NCBI GenBank assembly: GCA_963793865.1
Contig: CAWCBP010000002.1
Span: 117,722-181,721, forward strand
DNA length: 64,000 bases
Origin: an uncultured delta proteobacterium
GTDB lineage: Bacteria; Desulfobacterota; WTBG01
Reading direction: 5' to 3'
The notes under the pieces are model-generated. The model was not told the DNA's origin and did not search any database. It saw nothing but the letters and a program-made list of their open reading frames with translations. Position 1 is the stretch's first letter; the number at the start of each line of letters is the position of its first letter. The position numbers were made by a program, and so were the translations under genes. This document shows, in pieces, positions 40,322-51,477 of the stretch.

Positions 40322-40532
40322 AAGACGAGGGGTGAGGGTGCAGGGAACAGGGTGCAGGGGAAGAACAGTTACAGCTGCCGGTTGACAGTTGACAGGAATA
40401 CCAGGTGATGCTAGATGCAGGATGCAGTAGGCCGTGACCCTGACCCCTGTACCCTACACCCTCTTCTTTGAACCAGAACACGAAGATAAACTTGCCCAAC
40501 GATCACACATAATATTTTTGGGATACAGTAAG

Positions 40533-40904
40533 ATGCGAAACATGATGAAAAGTAAAATTCACCGGGCCCGCGTGACTGAAGCCAATATCAATTACGAGGG
40601 CAGCATCACCATAGACAGCAGGCTGATGAAAGCCGCCGACATCGTCCCTTACGAGCAGGTGCACGTGCTCAACGTGAACAACGGCGCGCGCTTCACAACC
40701 TACGCCATCGAGGGGCCGGAAGGCAGGGGGGACATCTGCCTGAACGGTGCCGCCGCCCGGTTGGGCATGAAGGGTGATATCGTCATCATTATCACCTACA
40801 CCCAGATGAGCGAAGCGGAACTGGTAAACTACCACCCCGGGGTGGTCCATGTGGATGAGCATAACGCCATCACCACCAATCCGGCAGAACCGGTCTTTGC
40901 GTGA
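40533..40904 (+). CDS. panD: aspartate 1-decarboxylase
   Basis: [35 protein letters not shown]. Confidence 0.97.
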   Translation: MRNMMKSKIHRARVTEANINYEGSITIDSRLMKAADIVPYEQVHVLNVNNGARFTTYAIEGPEGRGDICLNGAAARLGMKGDIVIIITYTQMSEAELVNYHPGVVHVDEHNAITTNPAEPVFA

Positions 40905-41268
40905 GGGAACAGGGGTCAGGGTGAAGGATCAAAAGGCGGTTTCTTGATGGAGTATTGGAGTGGGGATTTTGGAGGGGTGGCTTCTGAATATCGAGGAATG
41001 CACGCCGTTGCGTCCGATGATGATCTGCGGCCACGGCAATAAACTTGTAGGGGCAGGCCCCTGTGCCTGCCTAGTATCATAGGGCAACCACAGGGGGTTG
41101 CCCCTACGATTTGTTTCTTTCTTCGTGCTCTTCGTATTTCCCTTCGTGTTCTTCGTGGTTCAAAAAAGAGGGAACAGGGTTCGGGGTCAAGGTTTCATGT
41201 ATCCTGCATCATGCATCGCTTCCTGCTTTTCCTGTAAACTGTCAACTGTCAACTTTTTCCCCTCCACC

Positions 41269-42150
41269 TTACACCTTACTGCTTAACCCTCGCCCCTGCC
41301 TTTCAGGAATACCGCCCTCGCAGGGCACTGCCGTCTGACAGAGACCACAGGTCGGCAGAACCGGATCAATCAGCTCACACTGCTGCATAATTGCCGCACC
41401 ATGCCTCATGCAAAGCTCCTTGTCATGACCTTTCCCGGAAATGGCGCCTCCCGGACACCGCTCCATGCATTTTCCGCATCGATGTAAACTATAAAAAAGG
41501 CAGTATTCATGATGGTTGCCATAGGGTCGTACGGTCGGTTTCAATTGCAAACCGGTCACCAGACTTCCGCAGCGTGCGGCGATGCCGCGTTTGGTGATCA
41601 GTCCGCCGCTGAGGCCGAATGTGCCCAGCCCCGCGACATAAGCAACGTGCCGTTCCGACCAGTTCGAGGTAAAACCCGTATCCTCGGGCTGCAGGACTTC
41701 ATAGAGCGATGATTGTGTTGGAACAACGGCAACAAATCCCAGGTCGCTGAGAAAGGAAGCCAGATGCTCACCAAGCTTACCGTTCAGCTCTTCACCGTAT
41801 TTCTTCGCACAAGCCCACACGGGTGATGAGCAGAATGTTGCGCTGCGGTTTCTTTCCCGCACATCCCTGCTGAAGGGAAGAATCCAGGAAACAACACTTG
41901 ATCCATCCCAGGATCCCTTGTGCCCGGGAAAGAACCGTTCCAGCATTTCCCGCGGCGTGAGATGAAAAGCTCCTATGATATGTTTCAGTTCCGAGAACAG
42001 CGGGTCGCATGCGTCGGCAAAACCGACCAGGGGGGTGCTGAAATAAGCGGCCAAACCGAGCTCCCGGTTCTGATTGTCGGGGCTCTCAGCAACAAATCGT
42101 TCTATTTCTTTAATGATTGCTTCTTCGGGATTGTTTTGCAGTGAAGGCAT
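41269..42150 (-). CDS. epoxyqueuosine-reductase-like 4Fe-4S protein
   Basis: WSERHVAYVAGLGTFG, CGKCMERCP, CGLCQTAVPC. Confidence 0.85.
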   Translation of the reverse strand: MPSLQNNPEEAIIKEIERFVAESPDNQNRELGLAAYFSTPLVGFADACDPLFSELKHIIGAFHLTPREMLERFFPGHKGSWDGSSVVSWILPFSRDVRERNRSATFCSSPVWACAKKYGEELNGKLGEHLASFLSDLGFVAVVPTQSSLYEVLQPEDTGFTSNWSERHVAYVAGLGTFGLSGGLITKRGIAARCGSLVTGLQLKPTVRPYGNHHEYCLFYSLHRCGKCMERCPGGAISGKGHDKELCMRHGAAIMQQCELIDPVLPTCGLCQTAVPCEGGIPERQGRGLSSKV

Positions 42151-42157
42151 CGTTGAA

Positions 42158-42632
42158 GGGTTCAGGGGTTAGGGTAAAGGGGTCAGGGGTCAGGGACAGG
42201 GGGTCAGGGTCAAAAGGGCGGTTTATAGTTTACGGTTGCCAGGTTGTTTGCATTCTCAAGGTTCGCCGGTTTGCCCGTTGACCCGTTGGCCGGTTTGGGA
42301 TCAATAAATCGGCCGTAGTCGCAGGCTTCAGCCTGCGGAATTTGCAACGGAAGATGCGCATATTGAATAAGCGGCTCACGATAGAAAACCGCAAGCTAAA
42401 GCTTGCGACTACGCTTTTCCCTCTATCCTGCATCGTGTATCGTTTCTTCCGTCTTCGTGCTCTTCAGTTGGAGTAGTGGAGTGATGGAGTATTGGATCCT
42501 GACTCTTGCTCCTCTATCCTGATTCTTCTCATTTTCCGTTGACCATGGACTGTTGACTATGGTCCATTTTCTTCCTGTAAACTGTCAACCGGCAGCTGTA
42601 AACTGTTCTTCCCCTGTACCCTGTACCCTGTT
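42158..42632. repeat. large nested intergenic repeat mosaic
   Basis: outer CAGGGGT / ACCCTGT arrays enclose GCCCGTT-type units, a REP doublet, a CACGAAG unit, GGAGT octamers and GTTGAC heptamers. Confidence 0.85.
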
Positions 42633-43118
42633 TCAAAAGTGCGGATGGGTGCCCACCGCAGGGTAGCTGCTTCTTTTTTCAAAGGGAAACCCGGGATTCC
42701 CTTGTTCATCAAATTCGCTCGTGCGCTGCTTATACTTTTCTATTTCATCATCCAGAAATTTCGTCCACTGCAGGGTAACTATTCTCACGTATTCATCATA
42801 ATCATAATAGAGCTCGCAGAGCAAATCGTTCGAAGCGGTATACACCCGCTCCATGACCAGCAAACCATCCCCATTGTAGTATCTCCATCTGCCCGTCTTC
42901 TCACGCCCGTTTTTGCACTCATACTCAATACGTGATCCGTCCTTGAGCAAACGTCTTGCCGGTCCTTCCTTTCTCCCGTTCCGGTACATGATTTCTTTCT
43001 TGAGCCGGCCGTTCCGGTAATAGATTTTGGTGATACCCTCACGCCTGCCCTGCTCATCATACTGCGCTTCTTCCTTGAGCTTCCGGGAAAAGGGATAGAA
43101 TTTTTTAAGAGTGGGCAT
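42633..43118 (-). CDS. MORN-variant repeat (YwqK-like) protein
   Basis: EGITKIYYRNGRLKKEIMYRNGRKEG and GRWRYYNGDG repeats. Confidence 0.75.
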   Translation of the reverse strand: MPTLKKFYPFSRKLKEEAQYDEQGRREGITKIYYRNGRLKKEIMYRNGRKEGPARRLLKDGSRIEYECKNGREKTGRWRYYNGDGLLVMERVYTASNDLLCELYYDYDEYVRIVTLQWTKFLDDEIEKYKQRTSEFDEQGNPGFPFEKRSSYPAVGTHPHF

Positions 43119-43410
43119 AAGGGGCCTTTAGAGACGGATCAGGATTTAGGGTACAGGGTGCATTTTATGCTGGACGTAATGGAGTAATGGTTTCTGATTG
43201 CCGCATTAAAGCACACTCCATTGCGTCCATTATAATTAATGACCACAGACTAAAGCGTGCGACCTACATCTATCCGTCCTTTCTTCGTGTGCTTCGTGGT
43301 TCAAAAATAGAGGGTGCATTGTTTAGGATATAGTGTCACGGCTTCCCGCATCATGCATCTTTCTTTTCTCTTCGTGCTCTTCGTGTCTTCCCCTTCGTGT
43401 GCTTCGTGGT

Positions 43411-44010
43411 TCAAGTTTCCTCCAGGTAGCGGGGCAGAATGTCCAAGAGCTTCCTGAGGGCGCGGGAGCGGTGGCTGATGGCGTTTTTCTGCTCAGGAGG
43501 CATCTCCGAGAAGGTCTGGTTATATTCCGGCACCAGAAAGACCGGGTCATAGCCGAAGCCATGCTGCCCGCGTGGCGCATCAATGATAATCCCCCTGCAC
43601 TCCCCTTCCACGAAAGCCGTTTCCCCCTGAGGCGTCGCGATGCCCAGCACGCATTTAAAGCAGGCGCCCCTTCTATCGGGCGGCACACCTTTCAGTTCCC
43701 CAAGCAGCCTGTCATTATTCGCGGCGTCACCTGCGCCGTTTCCGGCGAAGCGCGCAGAATAGACACCCGGCCTTCCATTCAGCGCCTCAACTTCCAGGCC
43801 CGAATCATCGGCAATGGTGAGCTTTCCCGTAGCACGGGCCACGACCGTGGCCTTCTTGAGGGCATTTTCAACGAAGGTTTTCCCGTCCTCCACAATTTCC
43901 GGGATATGCGGGAAATCCTTAAGCGAGAGAATCGTCACCCGGTAATCCTGCAAGAGCGCCTTGAACTCCTTCAGCTTATTCCGATTTAAAGTGGCTATAA
44001 CGAGGTCCAT
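43411..44010 (-). CDS. rdgB: non-canonical purine NTP (XTP/dITP) pyrophosphatase
   Basis: ATLNRNKLKE, ADDSGL, PGVYSAR, GFGYDPVF, KNAISHR. Confidence 0.95.
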   Translation of the reverse strand: MDLVIATLNRNKLKEFKALLQDYRVTILSLKDFPHIPEIVEDGKTFVENALKKATVVARATGKLTIADDSGLEVEALNGRPGVYSARFAGNGAGDAANNDRLLGELKGVPPDRRGACFKCVLGIATPQGETAFVEGECRGIIIDAPRGQHGFGYDPVFLVPEYNQTFSEMPPEQKNAISHRSRALRKLLDILPRYLEET

Positions 44011-44433
44011 TGTTACTCGTCGTAATACGTGACAGAAAAAGGAACGTTTGTTCTTAGACAACTGAAAGATACACGATGCAGGATACAGGATGCACGAAAT
44101 ATCTTAAGAACAAACAATTTGACGGCATTAGTATCCAGAACCCATCGCTGCACTACTTCAACCCATGCACCATAATAAGCATTGAGCGAACAACACGCAA
44201 TTGTCGGGGAAGGACAGGGGCCTGCCCCTACCGGAACCTTGACGTCTAAGCAAACCATTGCATGCCGCAACGGATGTCTTTACTGTCGACTATGGACCGT
44301 TGACATCGAACCACCATTTGCCTTCCATTACTCCTTCACTCATAGAATGTGACTGCATTTCGGATTCCGTGCACGATCTGTCTACCCTCTACCCTGACAC
44401 CCTGTACCCTCAACCTTAAGGTCTCTCCGACTG

Positions 44434-46395
44434 CTACTCCACCATCAGCCCTTTATCGCGCAAATATGGAATAATCTCCGTAAGCTCCAGCCTTTCAAGC
44501 GTCTCCCTCCTCTGCAGCCCGGAGGCGACATCCCAGCCGCGGACGGCATAATATTCATCCATCACTTTTTCGAAATCAGCCCGGTCCACAACCGCGCCCA
44601 TGCGTGAAACAAGCTCCCCGTTCCTGTCGGGCACGAAGAATTCAGGATTAAAAAGCCCTATGGGCGGATCCTGCTTTTGGAGCGGAGCGGTAAAATTAAA
44701 CTCCTCCAGCGTATCATCAATCCGGCCCCGGCGCCCCTCCCGCAGATAAATGGCCCGGCAGAGGTTTACGCACCGCTCACCGGACCGCAGGTAGTCTTCC
44801 GGACTCATGTCAACCCCTGTCACCGCCGAAAAAAGGCGCGATTCAAGTGTCGGGTCACCCACCCCCGTTTCCACATTAGCGGTGTAATCAATCGGCCAGA
44901 ACCAGTCGCAGTACACCATGTTTTCCATGGCGTAGCTGCGGTTCTGATTAAGGACCGCAGCCGCCCCCTTTGTGTCGATGCTGTTCATGTCCGCGGCGCG
45001 TTTATCGCCCCAGAAGGTTTGGGCCAGATGCTGCAGCTTTTCGGTGGTCAGAAATCCCATCGCACCCTCCGTCGCCATCCACATGGTCCATTTAAGCACG
45101 GGGAAGCTGACGCGATGCAGCTGGGTAATGGGATAGAGCGGTTCGGTCGCGTAAATCGGGGCATTGATCAAAAAAAGCCTGGGGCTGTAAAAATCGGCAT
45201 CAAACCCGGTTTGCCTCACTAAACCATCCAGCAGATCTGCAACACCAAGCCCGGTGGCCGAACGGCGGCTTCCCTCGGCCAGCAGATCGCCGACGCCCGT
45301 GCGGCTGATGATCAGGTTAACCAGGTTTTCAATCCACTCCCGTGTTCCCATGTTTTCCCGCTGCAGGCCGGTTGCTGCAGGATCGATAACGCCGCGCTCG
45401 ATTGCCCGGGGGAGCCAGAGCAGCAGGAAGCGCATTTCAAGGGCGCACAGGCCATGCCGGTTCGCAAGCTCTGTCGCGTAAAAGGTAACCTCGCCCATCT
45501 TTCCGCGTTTTTCCATCTCATATTCATAATAAAAAACCGAGGCCATGCAGCCCTTGCGGTGGCCCTGCATTCCATCATCGATCTTATAGACGCCGCGCCG
45601 GCACAGGCCGGGACAGCCGAAGCAGGGCTGGTTTTTTACTTTTTCAGTTTCTTCCAGCATGAGTTCGCTCCAGAACCTGCCGGAGCCCTTACCCTTCCAC
45701 AATCCGGTAATCTCGCGCCTGATGGCGGTAACGTCTTCAGGCCTGGCTTCCGGCATTGCCCGCTGCGGCGCCCTGACCACTATTGCCTTCAGGTTTTTGC
45801 TGCCCATGACCGCCCCGAAACCCTTGGTCGCCACCGCACCGCCTGACGCTATGATTGTGGCAAACCTCACACCCATCTCACCGCCTCTGCCGATGGTTGC
45901 AACATGGGCATCAGGACCGTAACGATTCTCCAGCGCCGCTATGGTTTCCGCCGTGTCTTTCCCCCACAAACCACCCGCCTGCTCAAACGAACATCCGCCT
46001 CCCGGCTCGATGAGAAGTATCACCGGCTCCGTGGATTTTCCGGTTACGACAAGCCCGTCGAGGCCGGCCCACTTCAGCGCCGCGCCGAAGCTCCCGCCCA
46101 TGTTTCCGCTTGCGTACTGCTCGGGTATGGCCATGGGTGATTTCCCCAGGACGATCCAGCGCGAGGAACCCGGGGCGCGTGTCCCCCCCAGGGGTCCATT
46201 CATGAAATAAAGGCGGTTGTCGGGATCAAACGCCCCGCATGGTTCTGACATTTCATCCCAGTACAGCCGGCTTGCAAGACCTCTACCGCCAATGAACCTT
46301 GAGGCATAGTCGCCGGTTGAAGTCGCTGTGCAGGTGCGTTCGGTAAGATTAATTCTCAGGATTGATCCCGCCCGGCCATATTAGGGAGATGTCAT
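44434..46395 (-). pseudogene. second AOR-family oxidoreductase, in-frame TAA at codon 5
   Basis: ATG at 46395 reads MTSP*YGRAGSILRINLT...FIGGRGLA in frame with ORF 44434..46251 (GFGAVMGSKNLKAI, YYAVRGWD). Confidence 0.85.
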
Positions 46396-46548
46396 TGTGG
46401 AGGTTCCTTTACATCAGGGTGCAGGAGTCAGGGTACAGGGAAGGGGGAAATATAAAATCCGAAGCACAAAATCCTATACAGATGATGTGCGATCCGGGAT
46501 ATGCGATATGCGAAACAAACGTCTTCCACTCACACGAAACAAGGATGC

Positions 46549-46622
46549 GGGGGCAGGTATCAACATACAATGGTACGTTCCAAAGCGCCACCTCGCATTT
46601 ATTGAATGTTGAGACCTGATCC
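46549..46622. repeat. degenerate copy of the GGGGTCAGGTCTCAACATT inverted-repeat element
   Basis: compare 49755-49828. Confidence 0.7.
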
Positions 46623-46755
46623 ATTTTCTTCTCTTCGTGCTCTTTGTGTCTTTCCCTTCGTGGTCTTCGTGGTTCAAAGGAGGGTTCAGGGTAATGGGTC
46701 AGGGTCAAGGCCTTTTGCATCCTGGATCCTGCATCATGTATCCTTCTCGCCCTCC

Positions 46756-47907
46756 TTACTTCCCCAGAATGGACCTGGCGATGACCAGGCGCTGTATTTC
46801 CGAGGTGCCTTCGTAGAGGGTGGTGACACGCGCGTCCCGGTAATAGCGCTCCACCGGGTATTCTTCCACGTACCCGTACCCGCCGAGCATCTGTACCGCG
46901 CTGTAGCATGCACGGTTGGCCGCCTCGCTCGCGTACAGCTTGCCCATGGCCGCTTCCCGCGCGTAGGGCTGACCGGCCTCCTTGAGGGATGCCGCACGCA
47001 ATACGAGCAGCCGGGCCGCGTCAAGCTCCGTGTAGGCATCGGCGATCATCCACTGCAGGGCCTGAAAGGAAGAGATGGGTTTCCCGAACTGGATCCGCTC
47101 CCCGGCATAGGCGGTGGCAAAATCCATGGCGGCCAGGCCGATTCCCACGGCGAGCGAGCCGATCCCGATGCGCCCGCCGGCCAGCTCAGCCAGCGCGATG
47201 TTGTAACCGGCGTTGAGCTGTCCCAGCAGATTTTCCCGCGGCACCCGGCAGTCTTCAAAAAACACCTCGTTGGTTGCCGATCCCCGCTGACCCATCTTCT
47301 CTTCATTCCTGCCCGCCCGGCAGCCGGGTGTTCCCCGCTCAACAATAAAGGTGCTGATCCCCCTGCCCCGCTGCGCGAGCCTGTCGGTAACCGCCCACAC
47401 GATAAATATACCGGCGTACTCGGCGCTGGTAATGAAAATCTTGCTTCCATTTATGAGGTAGCCTCCGTCGCATTGAACGGCGGTGGTTTTCATGCCCGTG
47501 GGGTCTGAGCCCGCGGATGATTCGGTGAGGCAGAAGGAGCCGGCAACATGCTCGCCGCTCATCAGGCCGGGGAGATACTTCTGCTTCTGGGGTTCATCCC
47601 CGAATTCAACCAGCAGCTCGGCAACCATGTTGGTCACCGACATGGTAACCGCGGTGGAGGCGCAGACCTTGCCGATCTCGGTCAGGGCGAGGCTCAGGGC
47701 CACGGCGCCCGCCTGCGCGCCCCCGTATGCTTCCGGCACGTTAAGCCCCATAAAACCGAGCTCTGCCAGCTTGCGCACGTTGGCAACCAGGATTGAAAAA
47801 TCCTTCTCCCGGTCCAGCTTCTGCGCCACCGGGGCAAGCTCCTTCCGGGCAAAGTTGCGGGCGGTGTTCTGAATCATCTGCTGTTCATCACTGAGCGTAA
47901 AATCCAT
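46756..47907 (-). CDS. acyl-CoA dehydrogenase
   Basis: FCLTESSAGSD, NGSKIFIT, RIQFGKPI, QMLGGYGY, YEGTSEIQR. Confidence 0.95.
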   Translation of the reverse strand: MDFTLSDEQQMIQNTARNFARKELAPVAQKLDREKDFSILVANVRKLAELGFMGLNVPEAYGGAQAGAVALSLALTEIGKVCASTAVTMSVTNMVAELLVEFGDEPQKQKYLPGLMSGEHVAGSFCLTESSAGSDPTGMKTTAVQCDGGYLINGSKIFITSAEYAGIFIVWAVTDRLAQRGRGISTFIVERGTPGCRAGRNEEKMGQRGSATNEVFFEDCRVPRENLLGQLNAGYNIALAELAGGRIGIGSLAVGIGLAAMDFATAYAGERIQFGKPISSFQALQWMIADAYTELDAARLLVLRAASLKEAGQPYAREAAMGKLYASEAANRACYSAVQMLGGYGYVEEYPVERYYRDARVTTLYEGTSEIQRLVIARSILGK

Positions 47908-47916
47908 GGCGGTTCC

Positions 47917-48696
47917 CTACCGATCTTCAAAGACGGGTTTTCTTTTTTCCAAAAACGCCTTCATGCCTGCTTCGCGGTCCGGTGTTTCGCAGCATTGCAC
48001 AAAGGCTTCGGTTTCCATGGCGCATCCCTCCGCCAGGGTTGTCTCCAATCCCCGGTCAATCACCCGCTTGGCCAGCTTTATGGCCGTTGGTCCTTTCTCG
48101 GCTATGCTTTCTGCCAGCCTCAGCACCTGCGGAAGAAGCTCAGCGGGCGGAAGCACCCTGTTTACCAGTCCTATCTCATAGGCCCGCTGCGCGTTGATAA
48201 AAGCTCCACTGAAGATGAGCTCCTTGGTGATGGCCTTACCCACCAGCCGGGGCAGCCGCTGCGTGCCCGCCCATCCCGGTATAATCCCCAGGATGGTCTC
48301 CGGCATCCCGAACACCGCCTCCTCTGACGCGTAAATGATATCGCAGGCAAGCGCCAGCTCGGCCCCGCCGCCCAGCGCGTAACCGTTGACCGCGGCGATG
48401 ACCGGCTTGCCGGTGTTTTGAATCAGGTCCATGGTCTGATGCCCCAGGCGGCTGAAACGGCGGGCCTCATCAGGAGCCAGACTCCTCATCTCGGCTATGT
48501 CAGCACCGGAGACAAAGGCCTTCCCGCTGCCGGTGACGATGATCGTCCGCACAGACCGGTCCGCATCAAGGCCGGTAAATGCAGCCTGAAGCTCTTTATG
48601 GGTGAGCGAGTCGAGGGCGTTCAGCTTCTCGGGCCGATTGAGGGTAATGAGCGCGCTTTTCCCCTCCTGCCGGAGTGCTATGTTCTTCCATTCCAT
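47917..48696 (-). CDS. enoyl-CoA hydratase (crotonase family)
   Basis: LNRPEKLNAL, AFVSGADI, GYALGGGAEL, PETILGIIPG. Confidence 0.95.
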   Translation of the reverse strand: MEWKNIALRQEGKSALITLNRPEKLNALDSLTHKELQAAFTGLDADRSVRTIIVTGSGKAFVSGADIAEMRSLAPDEARRFSRLGHQTMDLIQNTGKPVIAAVNGYALGGGAELALACDIIYASEEAVFGMPETILGIIPGWAGTQRLPRLVGKAITKELIFSGAFINAQRAYEIGLVNRVLPPAELLPQVLRLAESIAEKGPTAIKLAKRVIDRGLETTLAEGCAMETEAFVQCCETPDREAGMKAFLEKRKPVFEDR

Positions 48697-48814
48697 AAAA
48701 TACCTTTACTTTTTTAATGGTTGACGCATAATTACCCAGAGGGTTTTTCAGGCATTTTCAAACAGCTGCGCACCGCCTGAAGAACGGCGCCATCCGCTTG
48801 TCCCGGGGGCATTT

Positions 48815-49570
48815 ATGAAAAAGAAGTATAATAAATCTGCCCTGAAAAGAAAAGCTAATTCAATCAGGGCACTCCTGTTTTGTTTCGTCACCTCATATGC
48901 CGGCATGCCCGGCCCTGTACATGCAGAGGGAGATGCCTTTGACCAGGCCCGCTCACGCATGGTTCAGGCAGACCTCAAGGGAAGAGACATCACCGATGAA
49001 AAGGTGTTGTCGGCAATGGGCAGGGTGCCCCGGCATCTCTTTGTTGATAAACATCTCCGGGAGGCCGCTTACAACGACTACCCGCTTCCCATAGGAGAAG
49101 GGCAGACCATCTCCCAGCCGTACATAGTGGCGCTCATGACCCAGTCGCTCAATCTGAAGCCGACCGACAAGGTGCTTGAGATAGGAACGGGATCGGGCTA
49201 CCAGGCCGCGGTCCTGGCAGAGCTGGTCGACCGGGTGTATTCAATCGAAATAGATAAAAAGCTGGCTGATAGGGCGGCGAAGACGCTCAAAGATCTGGGC
49301 TACAAAAAGGTGCAGGTAAAGCAGGGTGACGGATTTTTCGGCTGGCCTGAACATGCTCCCTTTGATGCCATCATGGTAACCTGCGCCCCCGAACGCATCC
49401 CCGATCCGCTCATACAGCAATTGAAGGATGGCGGCCGGCTGATCATCCCCGTGGGAAGCACCGCCTTTCACCAGACCCTGACCCTTCTCACCAGGGTCAA
49501 GGGTGAAAACCGGATGAAGAACATTATACCCGTCAGGTTTGTCCCCATGACCGGGGAGGCGGAAAAGTGA
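48815..49570 (+). CDS. pcm: protein-L-isoaspartate O-methyltransferase
   Basis: [36 protein letters not shown]. Confidence 0.95.
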   Translation: MKKKYNKSALKRKANSIRALLFCFVTSYAGMPGPVHAEGDAFDQARSRMVQADLKGRDITDEKVLSAMGRVPRHLFVDKHLREAAYNDYPLPIGEGQTISQPYIVALMTQSLNLKPTDKVLEIGTGSGYQAAVLAELVDRVYSIEIDKKLADRAAKTLKDLGYKKVQVKQGDGFFGWPEHAPFDAIMVTCAPERIPDPLIQQLKDGGRLIIPVGSTAFHQTLTLLTRVKGENRMKNIIPVRFVPMTGEAEK

Positions 49571-49754
49571 GGGAGCAGGGGTCAGGGTGCAGGGAGCAGG
49601 AGGAGAAACAGTCCATGGTCAACAGTCCATAGTCCACGGAAGATGAATGTTTTCAGGATGGTGTAGCCGCAGGCTTCAGCCTTCATAAACAAGCATCAGA
49701 ATTGCTATGTTAATTAACAATCGAACACATCGAAATGGCCAAGATCCAGTATGT

Positions 49755-49828
49755 GGGGTCAGGTCTCAACATTGGACTAATGCTGAGTTTTGCATGGAAC
49801 TGAATGTCTAATGTTGAGACCTGACCCC
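49755..49828. repeat. 74-bp MITE-like element with 19-bp perfect terminal inverted repeats
   Basis: GGGGTCAGGTCTCAACATT ... AATGTTGAGACCTGACCCC. Confidence 0.85.
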
Positions 49829-49898
49829 TTTTTATTTTCTTCGTGCTCTTCCTGCTTTTCCTTCGTGTGCTTCGTGGTTGCAATGTTTGATTTGGTGT

Positions 49899-50356
49899 AT
49901 GCGTAATACAAAACAAATCTTACTGACACTGTTGATTCTCATCATCACCTTCCTCACGGTACCTGTCATGCCTCCTCCAGCGACTGGGGGCCGTGGGACA
50001 GGGACCGTGCATACACAGTGGCGCAGGAACCTGCCCCGGAACAAACTCCGCGCAGGAATCTTCTCAGCACCATTGTCATATCCCCGGGCATACTGCTCAT
50101 CTCCTTTTTCCAGACGGTCATCTCTCCGGTTGACGGGGCTTCCTGCGATTTTTATCCCACCTGTTCAGCTTACGCCAAACAGGCCATTGTAAAACACGGC
50201 CTCTTCATCGGACTTGCCATGGCAAGCGAGCGGCTCTGCCGCATTCATGCGCCCGAAGGCTATGAGCCCGTCGAAAAGTACGGCAACTATTATTACTACG
50301 ATCCGGTGGAGAACAATGACTTCTGGTTTTATACAAGAAGGGCCGGCACCCCGTGA
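49899..50356 (+). CDS. YidD/DUF37-like protein with signal peptide; apparent 1-bp frameshift near 49962
   Basis: CDFYPTCSAYAKQAI...HG motif in ORF 50018..50356; leader MRNTKQILLTLLILIITFLTVP joins HASSSDWGPWD if one base is added. Confidence 0.75.
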
Positions 50357-51477
50357 GACACACCTTCCTGATCGCTCTTCTCTTGTCAACACTTTCTGTA
50401 TTACCCCGGCAATTCCTGCCGGCTGCTTTCGCGGGACAGGCGGCGGCTGATACCGTGTTGACGGACGCCGGTTCCATCAAGGCGTTTGCCGACAACATGT
50501 ATCAACGCGGATCTCTCTTCCAGGCCGCCATGGAATACGAACGGTTTCTCGACCTGCATCCCTCGCACCCCGACGCGCCGGGGGTTATGTTCAACCTAAC
50601 CGCCGTCGCGCAACGGGCGGGAGATCAGCAGACGGCGATAGACCGCTCTACCGGAGATGCGGACCGGGAAAAATCGCTCCTTGGTTTCGCCGACCACCTG
50701 TTTGAGCAGGGCCACTACTACCAGGCGATTACCGAATACGAACGGTTTATCTATTTTAACCCGGGTCACCCTTCTGTCCCGCGGGCGCGCCTCCAGACCG
50801 CCTGCTGCTACAAAATGGGCGCTCAATATGACAAGGCCATTGATCTCTACCGACGACTGGGGGAAGAATACTCGGGTCGTGAGGAAGGAATAGAGGCGGC
50901 ATTCCAGGCGGGCGAGTGCTTCCGGCTCGGTGAAGATTTCGATCAGGCCCTGAGCGAGTATTCCCGTTTCATCCGGGAATACCCTGCGCACCCTCTTGCG
51001 GATAAGGCCCGCTGGAACATGGCCTGGACCTATCTGCAGCTTGAAGATTACCATTCCGCCCGGAAGGAGCTGACTTCCCTCTGCGAAAGCAGCCTGTACC
51101 GGAAACCATCGCAGGAACTCATCGCCGCCCTGGATGAGCTGCCCCATGTACGGCACAAGTCCCCGGTGATAGCCGGAGCGCTGGCTGCGCTCATGCCCGG
51201 GGCGGGCCACCTTTACACCGGCCACAAAAAGCAGGCCCTCTTCTCCTTTGTTACCAATGCCCTGCTCATGTTCGGCAGCTATGAGGCCTTCGACAAGGAG
51301 CTGTATACCGCCGGGGGATTTCTTTCGCTCTTCAGCCTCAATTATTACAGCGGCAATATCTTCGGCGCGATCACCGGCGCCCACAAGTTCAACCGGCGGG
51401 AAAAAGAAGAGCACCTGCGGCAGGTGGTGCAAAAATATGCCGATCAGGGGTATGGATTCCCGCCTTCGCGGGAATGA
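50353..51477 (+). CDS. TPR (BamD-like) exported protein with hydrophobic C-terminal PGAGHLY region
   Basis: repeated A..EYERF...P.HP TPR units. Confidence 0.85.
   Translation: MRHTFLIALLLSTLSVLPRQFLPAAFAGQAAADTVLTDAGSIKAFADNMYQRGSLFQAAMEYERFLDLHPSHPDAPGVMFNLTAVAQRAGDQQTAIDRSTGDADREKSLLGFADHLFEQGHYYQAITEYERFIYFNPGHPSVPRARLQTACCYKMGAQYDKAIDLYRRLGEEYSGREEGIEAAFQAGECFRLGEDFDQALSEYSRFIREYPAHPLADKARWNMAWTYLQLEDYHSARKELTSLCESSLYRKPSQELIAALDELPHVRHKSPVIAGALAALMPGAGHLYTGHKKQALFSFVTNALLMFGSYEAFDKELYTAGGFLSLFSLNYYSGNIFGAITGAHKFNRREKEEHLRQVVQKYADQGYGFPPSRE

Noticed and set aside
18637..49885. Short repeats as a possible CRISPR array
   Set aside because: No constant 23-47-bp repeat with regular unique spacers, and no cas1/cas2 or effector genes.
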